From an uncultured Duncaniella sp. (GTDB taxonomy: Bacteria; Bacteroidota; Bacteroidia; Bacteroidales; Muribaculaceae), in the NCBI GenBank assembly GCA_910576785.1, contig CAJTJG010000008.1, forward strand, positions 4,137-68,136: DNA of 64,000 nt, in the 5' to 3' direction. Below the pieces are notes generated by a model. That model did not search any database. It had not been told where the DNA came from and worked only from the letters and a program-made list of their open reading frames with translations. This document shows positions 10,863-20,396 of this stretch, in pieces (within the stretch, counting starts at the first letter, position 1; each line of letters opens with the position of its first letter). The position numbers were made by a program, and so were the translations under genes.

Positions 10863-12386
10863 TCACTCCCACTCGATGGTTGCCGGTGGCTTGGAGGAGA
10901 TGTCGTAGCAAACGCGGTTCACACCTTTCACCTTGTTGATGATATCGTTGCTCACCTTGGCCATGAAGTCGTAGGGGAGATGTGCCCAGTCGGCGGTCAT
11001 GGCATCGGTGGAAGTGACTGCACGGAGAGCCACAGCGCGCTCATATGTGCGCTCGTCGCCCATCACACCCACGCTCTGCACGGGGAGCAGGATCACACCG
11101 GCCTGCCATACCTGGTCATAGAGACCCCAGTCGCGCAGACCCTGGATGAAGATATCGTCGGCATCCTGGAGTATACGTACTTTTTCGGGGGTGATATCGC
11201 CGAGTATGCGTACTGCCAGACCAGGGCCGGGGAAAGGATGACGCTTGATGAGATGGTCAGGCATGCCGAGCTCGCGGCCTACGGCGCGAACCTCATCCTT
11301 GAACAGAAGACGCAGAGGCTCACAGAGCTTCAGGTTCATCTTCTCGGGGAGACCACCTACGTTGTGATGGCTCTTGATGGTGGTGCCTGTAATGGAGAGC
11401 GATTCTATGCAGTCGGGATATATGGTGCCCTGTGCGAGCCATTTCACATCCTTTATCTTGTGAGCCTCTTCATCGAATACATCGATGAAGCCCTTGCCAA
11501 TGATCTTGCGCTTGCGCTCGGGCTCTGTGACCCCTGCCAGTTCGTCGAAGAATTTGGCTGACGCATCGACTCCTATCACATTCAGGCCGAGACATTCGTA
11601 ATCGTGGAGCACGTTCTTGAACTCGTCCTTGCGGAGCATGCCATGGTCTACAAATATACAGGTGAGATTCTTGCCGATGGCACGGTTCAGGAGCACAGCT
11701 GCCACAGACGAGTCTACGCCCCCGCTCAGACCGAGGACAACTTTATCATCTCCGAGCTGCTCGCGCAGAGCTCTGACAGTAGAGTCGATGAAGGATTCTG
11801 CTGTCCAGTCGAGCTTACCTCCGCATATGTCTACCACGAAGTTTCGCAGTATCTGCATGCCGCACTCGGAATGGAACACCTCGGGGTGGAATTGCACGCC
11901 CCATGTCTTCTCGCTTTCCACTCTGTAGGCTGCGATGGCTACTTTGTCGGTAGAGGCGATTGTTTTGAAGCCTGTCGGGATGGAAGTGATCGTGTCGCCG
12001 TGGCTCATCCATACCTGAGCGCCGGGGTTGATATCTTTCATCAGCGGATCGGTGGAGTCGACCTTGGCGAGGTGTGCGCGGCCATATTCGCGGGATGGAG
12101 CCGGCTCTACGGTGCCTCCTGACGTATAGGCGATGAACTGAGCGCCGTAGCATATGCCGAGCACGGGCAGATGTCCGCGCAGACGGTCAAGCTCGGTGCG
12201 GAAGGCTTTCTCGTCGTAAACCGAGGATGGCGAGCCAGAGAGGATGACACCGATTACGGAGGGGTCATCGTAGGGGAACTTGTTGTAGGGAACAATTTCG
12301 CAATACTCGCCGAGCTCGCGCACACGACGGCCTATGAGCTGCGTAGTCTGCGAACCGAAGTCGAGAATGATTATTTTTTCCTGCAT
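10863..12386 (-). CDS. guaA: GMP synthase (glutamine-hydrolysing)
   Basis: 507 aa. GATase domain ([19 protein letters not shown]), PP-loop (GLSGGVDSS), and the canonical C-terminus ..PPATIEWE. Confidence 0.97.
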   Translation of the reverse strand: MQEKIIILDFGSQTTQLIGRRVRELGEYCEIVPYNKFPYDDPSVIGVILSGSPSSVYDEKAFRTELDRLRGHLPVLGICYGAQFIAYTSGGTVEPAPSREYGRAHLAKVDSTDPLMKDINPGAQVWMSHGDTITSIPTGFKTIASTDKVAIAAYRVESEKTWGVQFHPEVFHSECGMQILRNFVVDICGGKLDWTAESFIDSTVRALREQLGDDKVVLGLSGGVDSSVAAVLLNRAIGKNLTCIFVDHGMLRKDEFKNVLHDYECLGLNVIGVDASAKFFDELAGVTEPERKRKIIGKGFIDVFDEEAHKIKDVKWLAQGTIYPDCIESLSITGTTIKSHHNVGGLPEKMNLKLCEPLRLLFKDEVRAVGRELGMPDHLIKRHPFPGPGLAVRILGDITPEKVRILQDADDIFIQGLRDWGLYDQVWQAGVILLPVQSVGVMGDERTYERAVALRAVTSTDAMTADWAHLPYDFMAKVSNDIINKVKGVNRVCYDISSKPPATIEWE

Positions 12387-12414
12387 ACTATGGGGATTGG
12401 TTTCGATTTCACCG

Positions 12415-12422
12415 CAAAATTA
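12415..12422 (-). promoter_or_regulatory. Bacteroidetes -7 box (TAnnTTTG) for guaA
   Basis: The minus strand reads TAATTTTG, 29 nt upstream of the guaA ATG (12386). Confidence 0.45.
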
Positions 12423-12514
12423 CTCATTTTCCGCCACATTTCCTCGCCTCCGGTCATTTTCTTGCCGGGATGGTCAATGTTTGTTAAACAGTGGCGTATG
12501 TCGCTGTCATTTTG

Positions 12515-12522
12515 TACCTTTG
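12515..12522 (+). promoter_or_regulatory. Bacteroidetes -7 box (TAnnTTTG) for kdsC-yhhQ-HAD
   Basis: TACCTTTG, 24 nt upstream of ATG 12546. Confidence 0.45.
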
Positions 12523-12545
12523 CATTCTATTTCGCAAAATTTTTC

Positions 12546-13034
12546 ATGGACAAGACATATAAGGATATAAAATTGTTTCTCACAGATGTCGATGGTACTC
12601 TCACGGACGGAGGCATGTACTATACCGCTGCCGGCGATACCATGAAGAAGTTCAATACCCGCGACGGCATGGGGCTGCAGCTGCTCCAGAAAGCCGGCGT
12701 GAAGGTTGGCATCCTTACCAGTGAGGACACTGAGATCGTGAGCCGGCGTGCGGCCAAACTCGGGGTGGATTTTCTGGTGCAGGGTAAGCGTTTCGGTGGA
12801 AAGCTTGAAGCGGCCGAGGCCATATGCGGATCGATGGGCATTAGCCTTGCCGAAATGGCATATATGGGCGATGATGTCAACTGTGAGCCACTTCTGCGTG
12901 CTGTGGGATTTGCCGCATGTCCGGCCGATGCCATGCCGCAGGTGCTCGCCATACCAGGCATACGGGTCATGACTCTGAAGGGTGGCGATGGATGTGTGCG
13001 TGAATTCATTAACGAAATACTGCCCCAGCTATGA
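12546..13034 (+). CDS. kdsC: HAD-IIIA hydrolase, KdsC-like (KDO 8-phosphate phosphatase family)
   Basis: The internal ATG at 12546 yields 162 aa with DVDGTLTDG, GDDVNC and an FN.RDG-like segment. A TACCTTTG box lies at 12515..12522. Confidence 0.75.
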   Translation: MDKTYKDIKLFLTDVDGTLTDGGMYYTAAGDTMKKFNTRDGMGLQLLQKAGVKVGILTSEDTEIVSRRAAKLGVDFLVQGKRFGGKLEAAEAICGSMGISLAEMAYMGDDVNCEPLLRAVGFAACPADAMPQVLAIPGIRVMTLKGGDGCVREFINEILPQL

Positions 13035-13717
13035 GAGAAGCCCGTGTGTCAGTGACGTTCATGCTGTTGGCAGTGACATTCTGTGTATGTCTCATTGTCA
13101 GCAATCTGATGGAGATCAAGACTGTGGATCTCGGCCCGCTCACCATCACAGCCGGAGTCATAGTATTTCCTGTATCATACATACTGAACGACTGTATTGT
13201 CGAGGTATATGGATTTGCAAAGGCTCGCCTGGTCATATGGCTCGGCTTCGGTATGAATCTGCTCGTATCTTTGCTGCTACAGCTCGGTATATGGCTCCCG
13301 GGGGCTCCATCGTGGGGCGGACAGGAGGCCATGGAGCTGATATTCGGAGCCGTACCCCGCATCTTTGCCGCAAGTTTCGTGGCGTTTCTATGCGGATCGA
13401 TGGTCAATGCCTATGTGATGTCGCGCATGAAACTTTCATCCGCCCGTGGCCGTGGCTTCTCCATCCGTGCCATCGTCTCCTCTTTATGGGGTGAGGGTGT
13501 GGATTCCATGATATTTTTCCCGATGGCTTTCGGGGGGATTCTTGCATGGAGCGAGATTGGCGCTCTTATCCTCACACAGACAGTCCTGAAGACCTGCTAT
13601 GAATTAATCATCCTGCCGGTGACCATGCGGGTAGTGAAGCGTCTGCGTGCGCTTGAGGGAGAGGAGGCCCCGGCCAGACCGAAGTCCTATAAATGGTGGC
13701 GTATCAATGAGATCTGA
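13031..13717 (+). CDS. yhhQ: Queuosine precursor transporter (YhhQ/VUT family, DUF165)
   Basis: A 228-aa multi-TM protein. The segment SNLMEIKTV.LGPLTITAGVIVFPVSYILNDCIVEVYG is typical of YhhQ. ATGA overlap with kdsC. Confidence 0.8.
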   Translation: MREARVSVTFMLLAVTFCVCLIVSNLMEIKTVDLGPLTITAGVIVFPVSYILNDCIVEVYGFAKARLVIWLGFGMNLLVSLLLQLGIWLPGAPSWGGQEAMELIFGAVPRIFAASFVAFLCGSMVNAYVMSRMKLSSARGRGFSIRAIVSSLWGEGVDSMIFFPMAFGGILAWSEIGALILTQTVLKTCYELIILPVTMRVVKRLRALEGEEAPARPKSYKWWRINEI

Positions 13718-14459
13718 CAGTAACTATAAAGGATGGAGCCGGGGAGTATCCTGGATATGGTTCGATCTCGACGACACGCTCATAGATTTTCACGCCAACT
13801 CCCGCTCGGCCCTGCGGCTGCTCTATGAACAGGAGGGACTTGCCTCTTACTACGCTACCTGCGAGGAGTGGATAGGGGCTTATGAGTGTCATAATCATAA
13901 ACTATGGGATCGGTACAACCGTGGCGAGATCACTCAGGACTTTCTGCGTCTCGACCGATTCAGAACGCCTCTTAACGCCGGCTGGGGCGGTACAGTGGAC
14001 GAACTTGATGCCTATTGCCTTCGGCTTGATCCGCTCTACCTCGGGCTGCTTGCCGCGCAGACGGCGATGGTGGATGGTGCGGTGGAACTTGTGGAGTCGC
14101 TGCGGGACAAGGGGTATAATATAGGTGTTCTCTCCAACGGATTCACCGATGTGCAGAACCGCAAGCTTGTCAATACCGGATTGGACAGGATCGTGGATCT
14201 CATGGTGCTGAGCGATGACATAGGAGTCAACAAGCCGGATCCACGCCTTTTTGTCCATGCCATGAGCCGGACGGCAGATATGGAGCCATCGCATCACCTC
14301 ATGATCGGCGACAACCCTGACACTGATATCGCCGGTGCTGTGCGCAGCGGATGGAGAGCCATACATCTTGACCGCCGACTTGGGGCAGCAGCCACGCTGT
14401 CAGAGGAAAAAACACACCTCGTCAGCCCGTCGCTTGACCTCCTGAAGGAGCTGTTTTGA
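13707..14459 (+). CDS. HAD family hydrolase, YjjG-like (noncanonical pyrimidine nucleotidase type)
   Basis: The internal ATG at 13707 gives the motifs FDLDDTLIDF, LSNG and GDNPDTDIAGA. Overlaps yhhQ by 11 nt. Confidence 0.75.
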   Translation: MRSDSNYKGWSRGVSWIWFDLDDTLIDFHANSRSALRLLYEQEGLASYYATCEEWIGAYECHNHKLWDRYNRGEITQDFLRLDRFRTPLNAGWGGTVDELDAYCLRLDPLYLGLLAAQTAMVDGAVELVESLRDKGYNIGVLSNGFTDVQNRKLVNTGLDRIVDLMVLSDDIGVNKPDPRLFVHAMSRTADMEPSHHLMIGDNPDTDIAGAVRSGWRAIHLDRRLGAAATLSEEKTHLVSPSLDLLKELF

Positions 14460-14617
14460 ATCTAAAGTGGTGAAAAAGTGAATTTTATCCAAACTTTTTG
14501 GGCTAAATTCATTGTCAATTCAAAAAAAGTTACGATATTTGCACCTGCAAAAATCGAGTCATCTCTCTCCGACCCGCAAAATAAACGATACTAACCAATT
14601 ATAAAATTGCCGACAAA

Positions 14618-14899
14618 ATGACTAAAGCTGACATTGTCAACGAAATCTCCAAGTCGACCGGAATCGACAAGGCCAATGTGCTCGAAACCATCGAGAAGTT
14701 CATGGAGACCGTGAAGGACTCCCTCTCTCATGGTGAGAACGTCTATCTGCGCGGATTCGGAAGCTTCATCATCAAGGTTCGCTCCGAGAAGACCGCTCGC
14801 AACATCTCGAAGAATACCACCATCATCATCCCCGAACACCGCATTCCCGCTTTCAAGCCTGCAAAGGTGTTCATGGAAGAGGTGAAGAACGCCGAGTAA
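14618..14899 (+). CDS. hup: HU family DNA-binding protein
   Basis: 93 aa. MTKADIVNEI.., ..GFGSF.., and a beta-arm with RNP-like ARNISKNT..IP. Confidence 0.93.
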   Translation: MTKADIVNEISKSTGIDKANVLETIEKFMETVKDSLSHGENVYLRGFGSFIIKVRSEKTARNISKNTTIIIPEHRIPAFKPAKVFMEEVKNAE

Positions 14900-14986
14900 T
14901 CATCTACCAACGGCAGTCTGCATCGCTTCTGTCAACAAGATAAGAAAAATATAACCCGATCGTTAAACTAAATTCAATCCACAACC

Positions 14987-15076
14987 ATGCCCAGCGGAAA
15001 GAAACGTAAAGGCCACAAGATGGCCACGCACAAGCGTAAAAAACGCCTTCGCAAGAATCGTCACAAGAAGAAATAA
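14987..15076 (+). CDS. Unannotated 29-aa extremely basic peptide (MPSGKKRKGHKMATHKRKKRLRKNRHKKK), possibly a small ribosomal protein of the bS22-like type
   Basis: ATG..TAA, 30 codons, below the ORF-track cutoff. 19 of 29 residues are K/R/H. It sits between hup and rng in the same orientation. The ribosomal assignment rests on composition and motif resemblance only. Confidence 0.45.
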   Translation: MPSGKKRKGHKMATHKRKKRLRKNRHKKK

Positions 15077-15110
15077 TTTTGTGGCCGTCTGTTGAACGAC
15101 AGGCGCTGAC

Positions 15111-15174
15111 AGCAAAGAGAACAGACTCGGCCGGGACTATTCACTTTCCTCCCGGCAGAAGTTTGTTCTTTGCT
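15111..15174 (+). promoter_or_regulatory. Extended imperfect stem-loop in the rng 5' leader
   Basis: Inner 7-bp stem gccggga/tcccggc (15130..15136 / 15150..15156). It is extended by acagac/gtttgt and gcaaagaga/tctttgc pairings. It lies 53 nt upstream of the rng ATG. Confidence 0.4.
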
Positions 15175-15226
15175 TTGTGAGGCGTAATGTCTTCAAGATG
15201 ACAATACATTTATTCAAGTACACAGA

Positions 15227-16849
15227 ATGAAAAGTGAACTGATAGTCGACGTCCAGCCCGGAGAAGTATCCATCGCCCTGCTGGAGGATTCGCGCCTTGT
15301 CTCGCTGCAGAAAGAGGCGCGAAACATTGCCTATGCCGTCGGCGACATCTACCTGGCCAAGGTCAAGAAGCTTATGCCGGGTTTGAACGCCGCATTTGTC
15401 AACGTGGGCTATGAGAAAGACGCTTTTCTCCACTACTTGGATCTTGGTTCGCAATTCTCCACCTACGCCTCATTCATCAAGAGTGTGTTGGTGGACCACA
15501 AGGCCGACGCTACGGTGTCGAAAATGAAGCGTCAGCCTGACATTGACAAACACGGCACCATCACCACAACACTACAGCCTGGCCAGGAACTACTGGTCCA
15601 GATCGTAAAGGAGCCTATCTCATCCAAGGGGCCTCGCCTCACAACCGAGATATCCTTCACCGGACGCTACCTCGTGCTTATCCCGTTCGGCGACAAGATC
15701 TCCGTATCGCAGAAGATCACCACTACTGAGGAGAAGGTGCGTCTGCGTCAGCTCGTGGACAGTATCCGTCCTAAAAACTTCGGTGTAATAATCCGTACCT
15801 CGGCCGAAGGCAAGAGCGTAAGGGAGCTTCATCATGAGCTCAAAACTCTGCTCCATTGTTGGGAAGACACAATCGAAAAAGCCCGCAAGGCCACAGCCCC
15901 AGCTCTCATTTTCGAGGAGGAAAGCCGTATCGTGGGCATGTTGAGAGATGTGTTCAGCCCCACGTTCGAGAGCATTCATGTCAATGATCCGGAAATATTC
16001 AGCCAGATACAGAAATATGTGGCCCTCATCTCGCCGGAGAGCAAGGATATAGTCAAGCTCTACGAAAGCGACATACCGATCTTCGACCATTTCAGTATCA
16101 CGAGGCAGATCAAGTCTTCGTTTGGAAAGACAGTGTCATTCCGTTCAGGCGCTTATGTGATCATAGAGCATACGGAAGCACTCCACGTCATCGATGTCAA
16201 TTCCGGCAACCGATCAAAAGCCGCCGCTGATCAGGAGAGCAATGCTCTCGAGGTGAATCTGCGTGCCGCTGACGAGATAGCACGCCAGTTGCGTCTGCGC
16301 GACATGGGGGGCATCATCGTGGTTGACTTCATAGACATGAACAAGGCCGAGCACCGCCAGAAGCTCTATGAGCATATGAAGGAGGTGATGGCCAATGACC
16401 GTGCCCGACACAATATCCTGCCTCTGAGTAAGTTCGGCCTGATGCAGATCACGCGTCAACGCGTCCGCCCGGCCCTCGACATCATAACAACCGAGGAGTG
16501 CCCGTCATGCCACGGAAAAGGAGAGGTTCAGCCATCGCTGCTATTCACCGACACACTCCACGAGAAGATAGATTATCTTGTCAATACACTCAAGGTGAGA
16601 AACTTCGTGATGTATGTCCATCCATACGTGGCTGCATATCTCAAGAAAGGTTTCCCGTCGCTCTACCGTAAGTGGCAGTTTGAATACGGATTCCATTTCC
16701 GTGTGCTGCCCGATGAATCGCTCGCATATCTGCAATACAAGGTCGTTGACCGCGAGCACAATGAAATAGACCTCAAGGAGGAGAAGGATATCGCATCGTC
16801 GGCCTCCAAACAGAAATCCAGAACCAAATCCAACACCAAGGAAGATTAA
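15227..16849 (+). CDS. rng: Rne/Rng family ribonuclease (RNase G/E catalytic domain)
   Basis: 540 aa. S1-like N-terminus (GDIYLAKVKKLMPGLNAAFVNVG), DNase-I-like/Zn-link region (HVIDVNSG, CPSCHGKG). Confidence 0.92.
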   Translation: MKSELIVDVQPGEVSIALLEDSRLVSLQKEARNIAYAVGDIYLAKVKKLMPGLNAAFVNVGYEKDAFLHYLDLGSQFSTYASFIKSVLVDHKADATVSKMKRQPDIDKHGTITTTLQPGQELLVQIVKEPISSKGPRLTTEISFTGRYLVLIPFGDKISVSQKITTTEEKVRLRQLVDSIRPKNFGVIIRTSAEGKSVRELHHELKTLLHCWEDTIEKARKATAPALIFEEESRIVGMLRDVFSPTFESIHVNDPEIFSQIQKYVALISPESKDIVKLYESDIPIFDHFSITRQIKSSFGKTVSFRSGAYVIIEHTEALHVIDVNSGNRSKAAADQESNALEVNLRAADEIARQLRLRDMGGIIVVDFIDMNKAEHRQKLYEHMKEVMANDRARHNILPLSKFGLMQITRQRVRPALDIITTEECPSCHGKGEVQPSLLFTDTLHEKIDYLVNTLKVRNFVMYVHPYVAAYLKKGFPSLYRKWQFEYGFHFRVLPDESLAYLQYKVVDREHNEIDLKEEKDIASSASKQKSRTKSNTKED

Positions 16850-16882
16850 GCAGTCTGACACTCAGGCTCAACCCTAAAGCAA

Positions 16883-16927
16883 ACAGCGTGCCGCCATCAC
16901 TTACTGATGCGGCACGCTGTATTTTTT
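16883..16927 (+). terminator. Rho-independent terminator after rng
   Basis: Perfect 12-bp stem acagcgtgccgc/gcggcacgctgt, 14-nt loop, followed by aTTTTTT. Confidence 0.75.
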
Positions 16928-16952
16928 GTCGTTTCAGGGATAGGACGACCTG

Positions 16953-18749
16953 TTACTTGTTAGCGCGTTTGCGCTCGAGCTCATCGAGAATGATCTTGCG
17001 CAGACGCAGATGGTGAGGTGTCACCTCAACATATTCATCCTCCTTGATGTACTCGAGAGCTTCTTCAAGTGAGAATACTACCGGAGGAACGATACGGGCC
17101 TTGTCGTCGGCGCCGCTTGCACGCATGTTGGTCAGTTTCTTCGACTTGGTGACATTTACCACGATATCATTGTCCTTGGCATTCTCGCCTACCACCTGCC
17201 CGGCATAAACTTCCTCCTGTGGGAAGATGAAGAATCGGCCGCGGTCCTGCAGTTTGTCGATAGCATAGGCATATGCCGTACCCGCCTCCATGGCTATGAG
17301 TGATCCGTTCGTACGGCGCTCTATGTCGCCCTTCCAGGGCTGGTATTCATGGAAGCGATGGGCCATGATAGCCTCACCGGCGGAAGCTGTGAGCACATTG
17401 TTGCGCAGACCGATGATACCGCGCGAAGGGATGAGGAACTCCAGATGTATGCGGTCATTCTGAGTGGTCATGGTCACCATCTCGCCCTTGCGGCGGGTCA
17501 CCATGTCGATGATTTTCGATGAGTACTCCTCGGGCACGTTGACCGTGAGCATTTCCACAGGCTCACATTTCTGACCGTCGATCTCCTTGATGATAACCTG
17601 CGGCTGTCCTACCTGAAGCTCGAATCCTTCGCGGCGCATGGTCTCGATAAGTACGGACAGGTGGAGCACACCGCGCCCGAATACTGTCCACGTATCCTCA
17701 TGATCGGCTTTGGATACACGCAGGGCGAGATTGCGGTCAAGCTCCTTGGTCAGACGGTCGGCTATGTGGCGTGAGGTGACATACTTGCCATCTTTGCCGA
17801 AGAAGGGGGAGTCGTTGATGGTGAATGTCATCGACATGGTGGGCTCGTCGATGGCTATGCGTGGCAGTGGCTCGGGGTTGTTGAAGTCGGCCACGGTATC
17901 GCCGATCTCAAAACCCTCTATGCCTACGAGGGCGCAGATGTCACCACTGCGCACACTCTGCACTTTCTTGCGGCCCATGCCTTCGAATGTATGCAGCTCC
18001 TTGATGCGCTGTTTTACGATTGTACCGTCTTTCTTGCAGAGGGCGATGTCCATTCCCTCGCGAAGCTCGCCGCGGTGTACACGACCGATGGCGATACGGC
18101 CCACATAGCTGCTGTAGTCGAGTGACGTGATGAGCATCTGGGCGTCACCCTCGAGAGTCTCAGGCTCAGGTATGTATTTGATAATGGCGTCGAGCACAGG
18201 GGTGATATTGTCGGTAGGCTGCTGCCAGTCGGTGCTCATCCATCCCTGCTTGGCGGAACCGTATACGGTGGGGAAGTCAAGCTGATCCTCGGTGGCGTCA
18301 AGATTGCACATCAGGTCGAACACCATCTCCTGTACCTCATCTGGACGGCAGTTTGGTTTGTCAACCTTATTGATTACTACAACCGGTTTCAGACCCATCT
18401 GTATGGCTTTCTGAAGCACGAAGCGAGTCTGTGGCATGGGGCCCTCGAAGGCATCCACGAGCAGAAGGCATCCGTCGGCCATGTTCAGCACACGCTCCAC
18501 TTCGCCGCCGAAGTCGGCGTGTCCCGGAGTGTCGATGATATTGATCTTGTAGTCGTTGTAGTTGATCGAAACGTTTTTGGAGAGAATCGTAATGCCACGC
18601 TCGCGCTCGAGATCATTGTTGTCAAGGATTAGTTCGCCGGTGGTCTGGTTGTCGCGGAACAGTTTTCCGGCCAGGAGCATCTTGTCGACGAGGGTTGTCT
18701 TGCCATGGTCGACGTGGGCGATGATGGCGATGTTTCGTATCTTCTGCAT
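16953..18749 (-). CDS. typA: Translational GTPase TypA/BipA
   Basis: 598 aa. [37 protein letters not shown]. Confidence 0.97.
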   Translation of the reverse strand: MQKIRNIAIIAHVDHGKTTLVDKMLLAGKLFRDNQTTGELILDNNDLERERGITILSKNVSINYNDYKINIIDTPGHADFGGEVERVLNMADGCLLLVDAFEGPMPQTRFVLQKAIQMGLKPVVVINKVDKPNCRPDEVQEMVFDLMCNLDATEDQLDFPTVYGSAKQGWMSTDWQQPTDNITPVLDAIIKYIPEPETLEGDAQMLITSLDYSSYVGRIAIGRVHRGELREGMDIALCKKDGTIVKQRIKELHTFEGMGRKKVQSVRSGDICALVGIEGFEIGDTVADFNNPEPLPRIAIDEPTMSMTFTINDSPFFGKDGKYVTSRHIADRLTKELDRNLALRVSKADHEDTWTVFGRGVLHLSVLIETMRREGFELQVGQPQVIIKEIDGQKCEPVEMLTVNVPEEYSSKIIDMVTRRKGEMVTMTTQNDRIHLEFLIPSRGIIGLRNNVLTASAGEAIMAHRFHEYQPWKGDIERRTNGSLIAMEAGTAYAYAIDKLQDRGRFFIFPQEEVYAGQVVGENAKDNDIVVNVTKSKKLTNMRASGADDKARIVPPVVFSLEEALEYIKEDEYVEVTPHHLRLRKIILDELERKRANK

Positions 18750-18773
18750 GTTTCCTTAGAATTTTTTCGGGTG

Positions 18774-18781
18774 CAAAGGTA
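18774..18781 (-). promoter_or_regulatory. Bacteroidetes -7 box (TAnnTTTG) for typA
   Basis: The minus strand reads TACCTTTG, 25 nt upstream of the typA ATG (18749). Confidence 0.45.
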
Positions 18782-18922
18782 CGATTTTTCCTCTGTATGG
18801 ACAATAGTAAGTGACGAATTGGCTACGTGGGCTGTTGGCAGAGATACGGATAAACTTTTTCAAGGCGGGGTTGTTCTTGATAGTAAAGGATAAACAAAAA
18901 CTCATTTATACAAGAAACAATT

Positions 18923-20251
18923 ATGAATACTGCTCCTCTCCAGGGAATCAAGGTGATTGACTTCACTGAGGTTCAATCAGGTCCCTCATGTACACAGATG
19001 CTCGCATGGCTCGGTGCCGATGTGATCAAGATAGAACGCCCCGGTGTCGGCGATGCCACACGTAAGGAACTCCAGTTCGATCCCGACTGCCCGAGTTTCT
19101 ACTACCTCCAGCTCAACTCTGACAAGAAATCTCTGACACTTGACGCCAAGACCCCCGATGGAAAGGCCATCCTCACCAAACTTGTGGAGACGGCCGATAT
19201 CTTTGTGGAGAATCTCCACCCGGGTGCCATGGATAAGCTCGGTTTCAGCTGGGAGGCTGTCCATAAGCTCAACCCCAAGTGTATCTACGGTACCATCAAG
19301 GGTTTCCCTGAATCTTCCAAATATAAGGATCTGAAGGCTTACGAGCCTATCGCACAGGTTACCGCCGCAGCTGCCTCTACCACCGGATGGTATGAGGGCG
19401 AGTACAATATACCTACACAGAGCGGCGCCGCCCTCGGTGACTCCAATACCGGCATGCACCTGCTCATCGGATTGCTTGCTGCGCTTGTGCAGCGTGAGAA
19501 GACCGGAGAGGGCTGCTACGTATATCAGTCCATGCACAACGCATGTCTTAACCTCTGCCGTATCAAGACACGTGATCAGCTTACGCTCGATCGTATCGGC
19601 TATCTGACACAGTTCATGCAGTACCCCAACGGTAAGTTCGGCGACTGTGTGCCCCGTTCAGGCAACACCGAGGGTAGCGGTGTGCTCGGTTGGACTTACA
19701 AATGTAAGCCTGCCGGCGGTATGGACTCCGAGGTTGATGCCAACAACTATGCATACATCATCCTCCAGCGTGGCGCCAAGGACTTCGAACTCGCATGTCA
19801 GGCATTCGGATTCGAGGATTGGCTCACCAATCCTGACTTCAATACGGCCGATGCCCGTGACCGCCATAAGGATGAGATCATCAAGCGTATCGGCGCCTGG
19901 GCTGCTGACAAGACCAAATTTGAGGTCACTGAGATCCTCTCCAAATATGGTGTGCCTGTAGGCCCTGTGCTCTCCACCAAGGAGATGATGAGCGATGAGT
20001 CGCTCTATGACGGCAATACCCTCGTTAAGATCAACCAGGGTGGCAAGGTCGGCGAGTTTGTCACCGTAGGATGCCCGTTCACCATGTCCAACTATCAGCC
20101 TGTCTACGGTCCGGCTCCCGAGCTTGGAGGCAATACCGTAGAGGTGCTCAAGGCATACGGATACACCGACGAGCAGATAGCAGCCTTTGCCAAGAACGGT
20201 ACTACGGCTCCCATGCCTAAGCCGGAGACTCCTGCGGCTCCTGCCAAGTGA
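18923..20251 (+). CDS. frc: Formyl-CoA:oxalate CoA-transferase (class III CoA-transferase, Frc/YfdW-like)
   Basis: 442 aa. The N-terminus [39 protein letters not shown] and the [13 protein letters not shown] segment closely resemble Oxalobacter Frc / E. coli YfdW as I remember them. Adjacent to oxc. Confidence 0.85.
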   Translation: [442 protein letters not shown]

Positions 20252-20315
20252 TGATGCCGTACAAGGACTCACGATCTGACACAGAAAGCTATTTATTATA
20301 ATCATCAATTCAGCT

Positions 20316-20380
20316 AAAAAGGAGGGGACAATTGTCAAATGTCCGTAGCGAAGACGGCTGACTTTTGTCCTCTCCTTTTT
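20316..20380 (+). terminator. Intercistronic terminator-like or processing hairpin between frc and oxc
   Basis: aaaaaGGAGGGGACAA ... TTGTCCTCTCCttttt forms a 16-bp stem (A/U tracts included) with one G-U and a 33-nt structured loop. It ends 16 nt before the oxc ATG. Confidence 0.45.
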
Positions 20381-20396
20381 CAGTACAAAAGCATAT

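Noticed and set aside
9855-12153. Long antisense ORFs inside ribBA (9855..10694 on the minus strand) and guaA (10776..11561, 11604..12122 on the plus strand)
   Set aside because: The opposite strands carry unambiguous RibBA and GuaA motifs. These are shadow ORFs.
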